From an uncultured bacterium (GTDB lineage: Bacteria; Patescibacteriota; Kazan-3B-28): a DNA stretch of 64,000 nt. Shown in pieces: positions 47,153 through 56,508 of this stretch. The first letter of the stretch is position 1, and each line of letters starts with the position of its first letter. A program made the translations under genes and the position numbers. The notes under the pieces are model-generated. The model searched no databases, was not told the DNA's origin, and worked only from the letters and a program-made list of their open reading frames with translations. Location: the NCBI GenBank assembly GCA_963695435.1, contig OY968788.1, positions 54,781 through 118,780 of the forward strand. The letters run 5' to 3'.

Positions 47153-47217
47153 CCCCGTAGAAGAAATTTAATCGCGCTTTGCGCACCAGTCGAAGACATT
47201 AAATTTTCTCTACGGGG
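47153..47217. repeat. Conserved long palindromic hairpin (20-bp arms ccccgtagaagaaatttaat / attaaattttctctacgggg), copy 1
   Basis: The same arms, with a different loop, occur at 63603-63679. On the minus strand it immediately precedes a candidate promoter for the initiator tRNA (TGGACA, 17 nt, TAACAT). Confidence 0.6.
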
Positions 47218-47227
47218 TCCACCCCTA

Positions 47228-47653
47228 TCAAGCGACTTCGTGCAAACCGAGTATCAATCTCCACCATTTTTCGGGGTTGGTTGGTTCCTTTGGAACGGTT
47301 TTTGTTTGGTCTTGGATGTTACCTTCTGTAAATCTTTCAATGTCTTCGTTGGGAATTATCAGCACAGTTTCTCCAACTTTCTGGTAGTTCAGTTTTTCCC
47401 TTGCTTCCTTATCTTTGAAAGCATCTGTTTGGCGGTAGGCGATTAGATTTTGCAGATATTTGTTGTGTAATTTGAGGTCAGCGTTTTCCTGTCTTAGTTG
47501 AGTCAGCTCTTTATCTATTTGATAATTTTGCCAAATTGCTTGAATGGTTGAAACTACCATATATACCAAAAGGATTGCCCCCATGGTCATCAATAGTCTC
47601 GCACGCAATTCCTTGCCCTGCGGTAACTTAATTTTTCCTGATAGCTTGTTCAT
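47228..47653 (-). CDS. ftsB: FtsB/DivIC-like septum formation initiator (short N-terminus, one transmembrane segment, coiled coil)
   Basis: LRARLLMTMGAILLVYMVV is the transmembrane segment. A Q/L-rich coiled coil follows (LTQLRQENADLKL). The start is placed at MNKLSGK; the ORF track's TTG start would overlap the upstream tRNA. Confidence 0.6.
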   Translation of the reverse strand: MNKLSGKIKLPQGKELRARLLMTMGAILLVYMVVSTIQAIWQNYQIDKELTQLRQENADLKLHNKYLQNLIAYRQTDAFKDKEAREKLNYQKVGETVLIIPNEDIERFTEGNIQDQTKTVPKEPTNPEKWWRLILGLHEVA

Positions 47654-47658
47654 AGTTT

Positions 47659-47733
47659 TGGTGCCAGCGACAGGATTCGCACCTGTGACCAATGGCTTAT
47701 GAGTCCACTGCTCTACTGCTGAGCTACGCTGGC
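47659..47733 (-). tRNA. Elongator tRNA-Met (anticodon CAT)
   Basis: The acceptor stem is gccagcg/cgctggc. The anticodon loop is cuCAUaa. The variable loop and T-arm ggtcacaggtgcgaatcc are near-identical to E. coli elongator tRNA-Met. CCA is encoded. Confidence 0.8.
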
Positions 47734-47804
47734 TAGTCGTCGGAGTGGGAGCCCTTTGACATAAGAGGAAAGGAGTACGACTTTAGTATAGTAGATTTGG
47801 TGAC

Positions 47805-48779
47805 ATGGAAAAGCAAGGTTTAGCTAACCTGGTTAGGGGGGAACTGACAAATGTCGGAATCAGACCGACAGATGTTTTGGTGGTGGCGGTATCGGGTGGA
47901 CCCGATTCGATGGTACTTCTCGATTTGCTTACCCAGATTTATCGTGGGTACGAGCAGAAACTAATTGTGGTGCATATCAATCACGGGTTACGCAAGACAG
48001 CGGACAGGGAAGAAAAATTGGTGGCGGATTATGCCAAGAAACACAAACTGCAGTTTGTTTCACGCAGGGTAAGTTTGGCTGGCAAAAAAACGGGTATTGA
48101 GGAACGGGCGCGGGAATTGAGATACTCTGCACTGCAGGAAATTGTTTCTCTTCACAAAGCGAGTTGGATTATTACTGCGCATACTGCGGATGATCAAGTA
48201 GAAACAGTAATTGCTAATTGGCTACGGGGAAGCGGAGTGCGAGGGCTTGGTGGGGTGCATTCGGTTGCCGGAAATATTGTTCGGCCAATGTTGAATATTC
48301 AGAAAGAGAAATTGCTGGACTATGCCAAAAAACATAAATTGCGGTATGCAATTGATGAAAGCAACGCCAGTTTGGAATTTACTCGCAATCGGATTCGTCA
48401 TCAGCTTCTGCCTATTTTACGAAAATATAATTCCCAGATTGATAATCAATTATTGAACAGCAGCCGAATTTGGCGGCAGGTTGATGAAGCATTGACGGAA
48501 CTGGCTAGGGTTTATTTGCGCCGAATCGGGAAGACGGCAAAGGGGCGAGTGGTGCTCTCAATTTCTAAATTGCGAGAACTGACGCCCTTGATGCAGGTTG
48601 AGGTGATGAAACTTGCGATTAGGACGATTGGGGGGAGTCTGGTGGACTTGGAGCAGACTCATTTTGGGGAAGTAGCGAAGCTGATGGCAAGTTCGAGGCA
48701 TCAGGTCAAAAAAAGGCGGTTGGGGGGCGGATTGTTCATCTCGAAGGCGTATGATAAGATTACGGTTAGTCAAAGCTAG
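47805..48779 (+). CDS. tilS: tRNA(Ile)-lysidine synthetase
   Basis: The PP-loop is VAVSGGPDSMVLL. The TilS N-type ATPase domain and a C-terminal substrate-binding domain are present. Confidence 0.85.
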   Translation: MEKQGLANLVRGELTNVGIRPTDVLVVAVSGGPDSMVLLDLLTQIYRGYEQKLIVVHINHGLRKTADREEKLVADYAKKHKLQFVSRRVSLAGKKTGIEERARELRYSALQEIVSLHKASWIITAHTADDQVETVIANWLRGSGVRGLGGVHSVAGNIVRPMLNIQKEKLLDYAKKHKLRYAIDESNASLEFTRNRIRHQLLPILRKYNSQIDNQLLNSSRIWRQVDEALTELARVYLRRIGKTAKGRVVLSISKLRELTPLMQVEVMKLAIRTIGGSLVDLEQTHFGEVAKLMASSRHQVKKRRLGGGLFISKAYDKITVSQS

Positions 48780-48782
48780 CCC

Positions 48783-50567
48783 ATGCGCTCAAACTCCAAC
48801 AAAACTATAGGTTATATCTTAGCCATCCTGCTGGTGGGGGCGTTGGCGTACAGTCTGTTCGGCTCCGGTGGTACTCCAACTCAAGTGGTCCCCTTAAGTG
48901 ATGTGGTTGAGAGGGTGGATGCAGGACGAGTAGAAAAGATTACCGTCAGAGGGGATGTTTTGCGGGTGTATACGACTGACGGGAAAGAACTGTTGTCACG
49001 GAAGGAATCAGGAGTTTCCCTGAAAGATAGCGGGGTAGACACTACCAAAATCCAAGTAGATATATTGGATAACCAAACTTCCGGACTTTGGGTGGGTCTG
49101 CTTGGTACGGTTTTGCCGTTCTTGCTGGTGATTGGATTTTTATGGTTTATGTTGCGGCAGGCGCAGGGCAGTGGGAACCAGGCGCTTTCGTTTGGGAAGT
49201 CTCGTGCGCGACTGATGATTGGCACAAAAAATAAAATCACTTTCAAAGATGTGGCGGGTGAAGAAGAGGCAAAACAGGAATTATTGGAAATAGTAGAGTT
49301 TTTGAAATATCCGACTAAGTTTATTAATTTAGGTGCTCGAATTCCTAAGGGTGTGTTGTTGGTAGGGCCTCCGGGAACAGGAAAAACTTTGATGGCGAAA
49401 GCGGTGGCGGGTGAAGCCAGTGTTCCATTTTTCAATATTAGTGGAAGCGAATTTGTAGAAATGTTTGTTGGTGTGGGAGCTTCTCGTGTTCGGGATTTGT
49501 TTGCTAAGGCAAAGCGTAATGCGCCCGCGATTGTATTTATAGATGAAATTGATGCGGTCGGTCGCCAACGCGGTGCAGGTTTGGGCGGAGGACATGATGA
49601 GCGCGAACAAACTCTTAACCAGATTTTGGTGGAGATGGACGGATTTGAAACTGACACCAATGTAATTATTATCGCGGCAACCAACAGGCCCGATGTGCTT
49701 GACCCGGCATTGCTTCGCCCCGGTCGGTTTGACCGAAGAGTGGCGTTGGAACGACCGGATATAAAAGATAGGGAAGCGATTTTGGTAGTACATACCAAAA
49801 ATAAGCCGTTGGACTCTACGGTGAATTTGAGAACAGTAGCGGCTAAGACTCCGGGTTTTGCCGGCGCTGATTTACAGAACTTAGTAAATGAAGCGGCAAT
49901 TTTGGCGGCGCGGAGAAATAAGAAAGTTATTAGCCAGCTCGAGATGGATGAGGCGATTGAAAAAGTTTTGCTCGGGCCTGAACGCAAAAATAAATTGTTG
50001 TCCGAGAAGGAACGGGAGATTACCGCTTACCACGAAGCCGGACACGCGGTAGTTTCGCACATATTGCCAAATGCCGATCCGGTACAAAAAGTTTCTATTG
50101 TGAGCCGTGGCATGGCACTTGGATATACATGGAGCATGCCGGAACAGGATAAGTATTTGTATTCTCGTGAACAATTTATGGATGAACTGGCAAGCGTTTT
50201 GGGCGGTCGGGTAGCGGAAAAACTCGTGTTCAAAGAAGTGACCACGGGTGCCGCCAACGATTTGATAAGAGCGACAAAACTTGCTCGTCAAATGGTTACG
50301 AAGTATGGGATGAGCGAAAAAGTTGGCCCAATTACTTATGGTACAGACGAGGATATGGTGTTTTTGGGACGGGAGATTCACGAACAACGCAACTACAGCG
50401 ATAAGATTGCCGCGGTTATTGATGAAGAAATTTCGGCAATAATCGAAGAGGCGAGCAAAAAAGCAGAGAAAGTGTTGCGGGAGCATTCTAAAGAATTGAA
50501 AGCAATTGCAGAAGAACTGCTCGAGCGTGAAACTCTTGGCAAGGAAGATTTCGAAAACTTTTTTTAG
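48783..50567 (+). CDS. ftsH: ATP-dependent zinc metalloprotease FtsH
   Basis: Two transmembrane helices are followed by the AAA motif [18 protein letters not shown], the SRH region and the HEAGHA zinc site. The tilS-ftsH order is conserved. Confidence 0.9.
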   Translation: MRSNSNKTIGYILAILLVGALAYSLFGSGGTPTQVVPLSDVVERVDAGRVEKITVRGDVLRVYTTDGKELLSRKESGVSLKDSGVDTTKIQVDILDNQTSGLWVGLLGTVLPFLLVIGFLWFMLRQAQGSGNQALSFGKSRARLMIGTKNKITFKDVAGEEEAKQELLEIVEFLKYPTKFINLGARIPKGVLLVGPPGTGKTLMAKAVAGEASVPFFNISGSEFVEMFVGVGASRVRDLFAKAKRNAPAIVFIDEIDAVGRQRGAGLGGGHDEREQTLNQILVEMDGFETDTNVIIIAATNRPDVLDPALLRPGRFDRRVALERPDIKDREAILVVHTKNKPLDSTVNLRTVAAKTPGFAGADLQNLVNEAAILAARRNKKVISQLEMDEAIEKVLLGPERKNKLLSEKEREITAYHEAGHAVVSHILPNADPVQKVSIVSRGMALGYTWSMPEQDKYLYSREQFMDELASVLGGRVAEKLVFKEVTTGAANDLIRATKLARQMVTKYGMSEKVGPITYGTDEDMVFLGREIHEQRNYSDKIAAVIDEEISAIIEEASKKAEKVLREHSKELKAIAEELLERETLGKEDFENFF

Positions 50568-50691
50568 CTCTCGAGAAAAGAACGAGGTGTGTTCTTCTCT
50601 CGACGGTCAGTCAGCAAAAGCTGAGTTTCAATAAATTGAAACCAAGCTGACCTGCTCTCATCTCCACCCTAACGGAGAAAACCATAACTAT

Positions 50692-52281
50692 ATGTTTAGG
50701 AAGCTGATTACCCGCAAATCGAGTGTGTTGGAGGCAACGGCCGTGCTGGCAGTTGCTTCTTTAGTTAGTAGAATATTTGGTTTGCTTCGGGATAGAACTT
50801 TAGCAGCGCACTTTGGTGCGGGGAATGTGACAGATGCTTATTTTGCGGCGTTCAAGATTCCCGACCTCATTTTTAACTTATTGATATTGGGAGCGTTGTC
50901 ATCAGCGTTTATTCCTATTTTCACTGAATATTTACACAAAAACGGCGAAGATAAGGAAGAGGCGTGGAGCATTGTAAATTCGCTGGTGAATATCGGGATG
51001 GTTGCGTTGGCAGTGATATTGCTGGTGGCAGCGGTATTTGCGCCGATGTTGGCAAAAATTGTGGCACCGGGGTTTGATCCCGCGAAACAGGAATTGACCA
51101 TATCTTTGATGCGAGTGATGCTGCTCTCTCCGTTATTTTTTGGCATCAGTAATCTAGCGGGTGGGATTCTAAATTCTTTCCGCAACTTTTTGGCATATGC
51201 GGTGGCGCCGATTATGTATAACTTCGGGATTATTGCTGGTGTGCTTTGGCTGGTGCCGAGATTTGGCAATATCGGTTTGGCTTACGGTGTGGTTTTAGGT
51301 GCGTTTATGCATATGGCAATTCAGTTACCGGGAGTTTTTGCTCTCGGTTACAAATATCGTTTTCATTTCAACTGGAAACATCCTGCATTGAAAAAGATGG
51401 CACTATTGATGGCGCCAAGGACTTTGGGTATCGCGATATCTCAATTCAATGTGGTAATAAACACGATAATTGCTTCAACGCTTGCAGTAGGGAGTGTGGC
51501 GGTATTGAACTGGGCGGATAACTTACAGAGTTTGCCGATTGGTATTTTTGGAATATCTTTTGCGATAGCGGTGTTTCCTGTGTTGGCGGAAAAATATACA
51601 TTGCAAAAATTAGGAGAATTCAAAGATGACTTTACGCGGGTATTAAAACAGATTCTCTTTTTGATTATTCCAACCATGGTTTTGTACTGGCTTCTGCGCG
51701 CGCAAATTGTTCGACTTGTTTTGGGTGCAGGACATTTTGGGTGGGAAGATACTCGATTCACAATTTCCGTGTTAGCGTTTATGACTTTCGGGATGATTGC
51801 CCAAGCCACTATTCCACTTCTGGCGAGGTCATTTTACGCTCTGCAGGATACAAAAACTCCGCTTATTGCGGGCGTTGTGGCGTTGGTAGTAAATGTGGCG
51901 TCAGCAGTAATTCTGATTCCGCAACTGCAGGTGGTGGGGTTGGGAGCGGCGCTTTCTATTTCGGGACTGACCAATATGCTGGTGTTGGCAATTGTGTTGA
52001 ACCGTAAGTTGGCGGGGTTGCCGTGGAAACAAATCTTTGCCTCAATGGGCAAAATGATATTTGGCGCAGTGGCAATGGGAGGAGTGGGATATCTGATGTT
52101 GCGGGTGATGGATTTGATTATTAATACTAATCAATTTTTTGGTTTATTCGCTCAGACTATTGTGACTATAGTTGTAGCGCTCTTGTCGTATTTGGTAATA
52201 ACCAAGTGGTTGAAACTCGGTGAAGTAGAAATGATTATTAGTCCCGTCAAAACGCTCTGGCAAAAGGTGAGAAGGGGGTAG
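50692..52281 (+). CDS. murJ: Lipid II flippase MurJ (MviN family)
   Basis: There are 14 transmembrane segments. The N-terminus RIFGLLRDRTLAAHFGAGNVTDAYFAAFKIPD is a MurJ signature. Confidence 0.85.
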   Translation: MFRKLITRKSSVLEATAVLAVASLVSRIFGLLRDRTLAAHFGAGNVTDAYFAAFKIPDLIFNLLILGALSSAFIPIFTEYLHKNGEDKEEAWSIVNSLVNIGMVALAVILLVAAVFAPMLAKIVAPGFDPAKQELTISLMRVMLLSPLFFGISNLAGGILNSFRNFLAYAVAPIMYNFGIIAGVLWLVPRFGNIGLAYGVVLGAFMHMAIQLPGVFALGYKYRFHFNWKHPALKKMALLMAPRTLGIAISQFNVVINTIIASTLAVGSVAVLNWADNLQSLPIGIFGISFAIAVFPVLAEKYTLQKLGEFKDDFTRVLKQILFLIIPTMVLYWLLRAQIVRLVLGAGHFGWEDTRFTISVLAFMTFGMIAQATIPLLARSFYALQDTKTPLIAGVVALVVNVASAVILIPQLQVVGLGAALSISGLTNMLVLAIVLNRKLAGLPWKQIFASMGKMIFGAVAMGGVGYLMLRVMDLIINTNQFFGLFAQTIVTIVVALLSYLVITKWLKLGEVEMIISPVKTLWQKVRRG

Positions 52282-52283
52282 AG

Positions 52284-52396
52284 AAAGATCGACTTGCAGT
52301 CGATCTAATGTCCAATATCCAATGTCCAATGCGGTAACAATAAAGACAAGAATCGACTTGTGGTCGATTTAATTTCCAATTTCCAATCTCCGATTG
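52284..52396 (+). repeat. Two tandem copies of a roughly 48-bp unit: a palindrome atcgacttgYRgtcgat plus a TCCAAT-hexamer array
   Basis: The units are 52284-52334 and 52349-52396. TCCAAT occurs six times. Confidence 0.55.
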
Positions 52397-52594
52397 AGCA
52401 ATGGAAGAAGAAGAGTGAGGAATTTTTGGACAAACGAAAAGGGCTACCGAGTGGTAGCCCTGCGGAATTTAACCGCTACTATCCAGTAAGGAAGGGGGTC
52501 CTTACAAGAAGCAAAGGTTCAGAACTGACCATAGGGTCAGAGTTTCGCCAAACTTTGAAGTCTGGCTGAATAATAGAAAAGAAAAAAGGACAAA

Positions 52595-52683
52595 GTACCC
52601 GGCGAGACTCGAACCCGCTTCCTTCTGGATCCCTAAGTATCTGGGTGTAGCCAGACGCTCTAGCCCAATTGAGCTACGGGTAC
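52595..52683 (-). tRNA. Atypical tRNA-like gene with unresolved isotype. The acceptor, D and T arms are canonical, the anticodon-loop candidate is CUACACC and there is a 21-nt extra region. No CCA is encoded.
   Basis: The reverse complement is gtacccg-ta-gctc-aattgggcta-gagc-g-tctgg-ctacacc-ccaga-tacttagggatccagaaggaa-gcggg-ttcgagt-ctcgc-cgggtac. Confidence 0.45.
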
Positions 52684-52785
52684 AAACATAGTATCGATAT
52701 TATCAGAGCAATGGATTTGCGTCAAGATTTCTGCTCTGGGGACGGGTTTTTAGGGAGTAGAGGAGATTTCTGGTAAGATATCAGG

Positions 52786-54558
52786 GTGGATAAGATAAGA
52801 AATTTCTGTATTATTGCCCATATTGATCACGGGAAGTCGACTTTGGCTGACCGGCTTTTGGAATTGACCAATACGGTGTCTAAGCGGGAAATGAAGGCGC
52901 AGTATTTGGATACGATGGATTTGGAGCGGGAACGCGGAATCACTATTAAGCTTCAACCTGTGCGGATGCAGTACAAGGGATTCGAGTTGAATTTGATTGA
53001 TACTCCGGGGCATGTGGACTTTACTTACGAAGTGTCCCGTTCACTTGCGGCTGTTGAAGGAGCTTTGTTGGTGGTGGATGCGTCTCAGGGAATTGAAGCG
53101 CAGACTTTGGCGAACTTGCAATTGGCTTTGGTACACAATCTGAAAATTATTCCGGTTATTAACAAAATCGATTTGCCGGCGGCGGATGCGGATAGAGTCA
53201 TTAAAGAAATGCAGTCGGTTATTGGGATTGAGCCAGAGGATGTGATTTTGGTATCAGCAAAAACTGGCGAAGGGGTAGATAAAATTTTGGATGCTATCGT
53301 GGAACGAATTCCTGCACCAAGAGGAAATGAAGATGCGCCTTTGCGCGCATTGGTGTTTGATTCTTATTTTGACCAGTTTCGCGGAGTGGTTGCGTATGTG
53401 CGGGTGTTGGACGGAAAAGTTTCTGTCGGCGACCAAATTATGATGATGGCAAGTCGTGCAGAAGCAGAAGCGATGGAAGTGGGATTTTTTGCACCGAAGC
53501 TCACAAAAAAACAAATTTTAGAAAATAGTGAGATTGGTTATATTGCAACTGGCCTGAAGGATGTTCGGGCGGTGCGAGTGGGAGATACGGTGACTCTGGC
53601 AAAAAATGTGAATGAAGTAAAAGCTTTGGAAGGATATAAGAAAGTAATGCCTTTTGTGTATGCGGGTATCTTCACTGTAGATAATGCAGATTTCCCACAA
53701 CTAAGAGAGGCACTGGATAAACTGCAGTTGAATGACTCAGCACTGGTTTTTGAGCCGGAAAGCTCACCTGCTCTAGGATTTGGCTTCCGATGCGGATTTT
53801 TAGGTCTATTACATTTGGATATTGTGCAGGAAAGATTGGAGCGGGAGTTCAATCTGAATTTAGTCACAACAACACCGAGTGTTAGTTACAAAGTGATAAT
53901 GGCGAACAATGAAGAAAAAATTATTCACAATCCGACAGAACTTCCCGAAGCGGGAACATACAAAGAAATTGCGGAACCTTGGATTCGGTTGGAAATTGTC
54001 AGTCCTGCGGAATATGTTGGAAGTGTAATGCAATTAGTGCAGGGGAGGCACGGTGTTCAGGTTGATGTGAAGTATTTGGATCCGACTCGCGCAGTTTTGA
54101 TTTATGAGATTCCACTCTCTGGAGTAATTACCGAATTTTATGATCAACTGAAAAGCGCAACATCAGGATACGCATCGATGTCGTATGAATTGTTGGAATA
54201 TAGAGTTGGGAAACTGGTAAGAGTGGATGTGTTGCTGAATACTAAGCCGGTGGATACATTATCGGTGATTGTGCATCGGGATGAGGCGAATAAAATCGGA
54301 CAGCAAATTACAGCGAAGTTGAAGAAGCTTTTGCCAAAACAGAATTTCAAAATTGTAATTCAAGCGGCGATTGGCGGGAAGGTAATTGCGCGTGAGGAAC
54401 TTTCGCCATATCGCAAAGATGTTTTGGCAAAACTATACGGCGGAGATAGAACGCGGAAAGACAAACTTTTGGAGAAACAAAAGAAGGGGAAAAAGCGAAT
54501 GAAGATGGTGGGGAGTGTGGAAATTCCGCAAGAAGCATTCATGAAGCTACTTTCATAG
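52786..54558 (+). CDS. lepA: Elongation factor 4 (LepA)
   Basis: FCIIAHIDHGKSTLADRLL is the G1 motif. The DTPGHVDF motif is present. The LepA-specific C-terminal domain is present. Confidence 0.9.
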   Translation: MDKIRNFCIIAHIDHGKSTLADRLLELTNTVSKREMKAQYLDTMDLERERGITIKLQPVRMQYKGFELNLIDTPGHVDFTYEVSRSLAAVEGALLVVDASQGIEAQTLANLQLALVHNLKIIPVINKIDLPAADADRVIKEMQSVIGIEPEDVILVSAKTGEGVDKILDAIVERIPAPRGNEDAPLRALVFDSYFDQFRGVVAYVRVLDGKVSVGDQIMMMASRAEAEAMEVGFFAPKLTKKQILENSEIGYIATGLKDVRAVRVGDTVTLAKNVNEVKALEGYKKVMPFVYAGIFTVDNADFPQLREALDKLQLNDSALVFEPESSPALGFGFRCGFLGLLHLDIVQERLEREFNLNLVTTTPSVSYKVIMANNEEKIIHNPTELPEAGTYKEIAEPWIRLEIVSPAEYVGSVMQLVQGRHGVQVDVKYLDPTRAVLIYEIPLSGVITEFYDQLKSATSGYASMSYELLEYRVGKLVRVDVLLNTKPVDTLSVIVHRDEANKIGQQITAKLKKLLPKQNFKIVIQAAIGGKVIAREELSPYRKDVLAKLYGGDRTRKDKLLEKQKKGKKRMKMVGSVEIPQEAFMKLLS

Positions 54559-54584
54559 GGGAAGGGTGGACTGGGGGCGGATTT

Positions 54585-55076
54585 TTGTATAGGATGGGTG
54601 CATCAGGTACTGACCTGATGTTTTCGTTTTGCACTTTATCATCGGGGGTGACTCATATGTTGATAGCGGGCGTGTTTGTTCTGGTGGGTTCGGGACTGAT
54701 CTTCGCGATCATTTACGGCTTTAGAGTTCGCAAGGGTCTAATCAACCCCGAGATTGTTCTGACACGGCGTCAGATGATCCTGCTGGGCAGCGTGATTGCC
54801 CTGATTGGCTGGGGAGTTGTCTGGTATTTTCAAGACGGATTAGCGATGCTGTCTTGGTATTGCTGGTTGGGTCTTGTACCGTTCGGTTTGCTCCTCAGCT
54901 TCGAGATGGCGGTAGGCAAAGAGCCAAAGAAGAAGCTACTGTACGAGTGGCTGCCAAGCTGTTTTTTATGTATCCCATATGTTGGGCAGATTGGGACAGC
55001 TGTCGTGGCTCTAGTTTGCTTGTTGGTTGTCTTGGGCGACCGACAAAGAGTAGAGGAGGACATGAGTGCTTCCTAG
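54585..55076 (+). CDS. Hypothetical small membrane protein (4 transmembrane helices)
   Basis: It is a hydrophobic ORF with GC-rich local composition. Confidence 0.35.
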   Translation: MYRMGASGTDLMFSFCTLSSGVTHMLIAGVFVLVGSGLIFAIIYGFRVRKGLINPEIVLTRRQMILLGSVIALIGWGVVWYFQDGLAMLSWYCWLGLVPFGLLLSFEMAVGKEPKKKLLYEWLPSCFLCIPYVGQIGTAVVALVCLLVVLGDRQRVEEDMSAS

Positions 55077-55101
55077 TATCAGCAATGAGAAGAACTTGTT
55101 T

Positions 55102-55146
55102 AAGAGGCGACTTGGGTTATATCCCCGGGCACGCCTCTTTTTCTTA
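55102..55146 (+). terminator. Rho-independent terminator
   Basis: The stem aagaggcg/cgcctctt with a large loop is followed by tttttc. Confidence 0.55.
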
Positions 55147-55182
55147 TATCTAATCGAAGAACATCCAGAGGCACTATTACAA

Positions 55183-55222
55183 TTAGCACTGTATTGACAG
55201 GAGTGCTAATGGGGCATAGAAT
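55183..55222 (+). promoter_or_regulatory. CIRCE operator (TTAGCACTG-N9-GAGTGCTAA) overlapping a sigma70 promoter (TTGACA, 17 nt, TAGAAT)
   Basis: The CIRCE inverted repeat is at 55183-55209. The -35 box TTGACA lies inside the CIRCE spacer. The -10 box TAGAAT is at 55217-55222. The element sits immediately upstream of hrcA. Confidence 0.75.
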
Positions 55223-55263
55223 GCGGTTTGTAGGATATTTTTTATTTGTTGTATGGGGGAGAT

Positions 55264-55983
55264 ATGGATAGTAAAGTTATGCAATTGAGTTTTCGGCAAA
55301 AACAAGTTTTGAAGACAGTGGTGGAGGGGTATGTAAAACACTCTGAACCAATCGGTTCGCACCATGTTGTCGAAATGTTAGCGGAGAATGTTAGCTCGGC
55401 GACTATTCGTAATGTAATGGCGGAGCTGACTGATTTTGGGTTATTGGCGCAACCGCATACATCAGCGGGACGAATTCCGACAGAAGCAGGGTTCAAAGCG
55501 TATATCGAAACAATGATGCACGAGCAAAAAGCGCTTTCGCAACATCAGCAGGAAGTTTTGTCGGCGCATTTTAAGAAATTAAAAAATTTGCAGGAAAGAT
55601 TCAGAGAGGCGGCGCGGATGCTGTCGGAATTATCTGGGAGTGTCGGTTTGCTAGTTGATGAATCCAATCAGGTTTATATGTCAGGGCTTTCTAATTTGCC
55701 GAAATTGCCGGAGTTTAGAAATGAAGAATTCGGAAGTGAGTTTATGGAATTACTTGAGAATCCTGCAGAAAGTTTGAAGCAAATGACGAAAAGTAGTGGT
55801 TCGCAGATGCGGGTGTTGCTGGGGAAAGATAATCCGACGATGGGGAATGCGAGTATTGTGATTACAAAATTCGGTCAAGGAGGGAAGAAAGTGATTTCGA
55901 TTATCGGTCCGATGCGAATGCGGTACGGCAAGACTTTGCCGACGATGGAATATATAACCAAGATCCTCAACGAGGACTTTTAG
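55264..55983 (+). CDS. hrcA: Heat-inducible transcription repressor HrcA (short form)
   Basis: A winged-helix N-terminus is present (QKQVLKTVVEGYVKHSEPIGS). It is followed by grpE-dnaK-dnaJ. The start is at ATG 55264 or 55279. Confidence 0.8.
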   Translation: MDSKVMQLSFRQKQVLKTVVEGYVKHSEPIGSHHVVEMLAENVSSATIRNVMAELTDFGLLAQPHTSAGRIPTEAGFKAYIETMMHEQKALSQHQQEVLSAHFKKLKNLQERFREAARMLSELSGSVGLLVDESNQVYMSGLSNLPKLPEFRNEEFGSEFMELLENPAESLKQMTKSSGSQMRVLLGKDNPTMGNASIVITKFGQGGKKVISIIGPMRMRYGKTLPTMEYITKILNEDF

Positions 55984-56055
55984 TATTTGTTTGTCATGCT
56001 GAACTTGTTTCAGCATCTAGATCCTGAACTAAATTCAGGATGACGGAGAAAAGAT

Positions 56056-56508
56056 ATGGATAAAAAACACGACAAAAAAGAGGAGCAACCGAAAGATCAG
56101 CCTATCGACTGGGAGGATGTGGCGAAGCGGGCGATGGCGGATTTGGACAACTATCGCAAGGATGCCGAGAAGCGGCAGGTTGAGATAGTGCAGTTTCTGA
56201 AAGCGGCTTCGCTAATCAAGTTTTTGGAGATTTATGATGATTTGAATAGGGCGGTTGAATTTGTAACGGATGAGAAGGCAAAACAGGGGTTATTGGATGT
56301 TCAAAAGAAATTTAAAGATTATTTGCATACAGAGGGGCTCACGGAAATTGAGTTCAAGGAAGGGGACGAATTTAATCCTGAATTAGCTGAAGCAGTGAGT
56401 TATGAAGAAAACGAAGTCGGCGAGGGAAGAGTTATTGAAACAATGGAAGTTGGTTTGAAATATAACGATAAAGTAATAAAGCCGGCGAAGGTGAGGGTAG
56501 GGAAATGA
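56056..56508 (+). CDS. grpE: Nucleotide exchange factor GrpE (short form)
   Basis: It has the coiled-coil and beta-sheet GrpE layout and sits in the operon position after hrcA. Confidence 0.8.
   Translation: MDKKHDKKEEQPKDQPIDWEDVAKRAMADLDNYRKDAEKRQVEIVQFLKAASLIKFLEIYDDLNRAVEFVTDEKAKQGLLDVQKKFKDYLHTEGLTEIEFKEGDEFNPELAEAVSYEENEVGEGRVIETMEVGLKYNDKVIKPAKVRVGK

Noticed and set aside
48881-49987. Long antisense ORFs inside conserved genes, for example 48881..49987(-) within ftsH, 61994..62974(-) within the GT2 gene, 38250..38900(-) within the rpoD lysine tract and 15263..15874(-) within leuS
   Set aside because: The sense-strand genes are strongly conserved. The antisense products are low-complexity or Cys/Pro/Ser-rich artefacts of codon bias.
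52360-52569. 69-aa ORF starting inside the TCCAAT repeat array
   Set aside because: It has no ribosome-binding site. It starts within a repeat and has no motif. It is probably a chance ORF.
52595-52683. Group I intron or homing-element interruption of the atypical tRNA
   Set aside because: The extra sequence is only about 21 nt, which is far too short for a self-splicing intron. It is left as an unresolved atypical tRNA.
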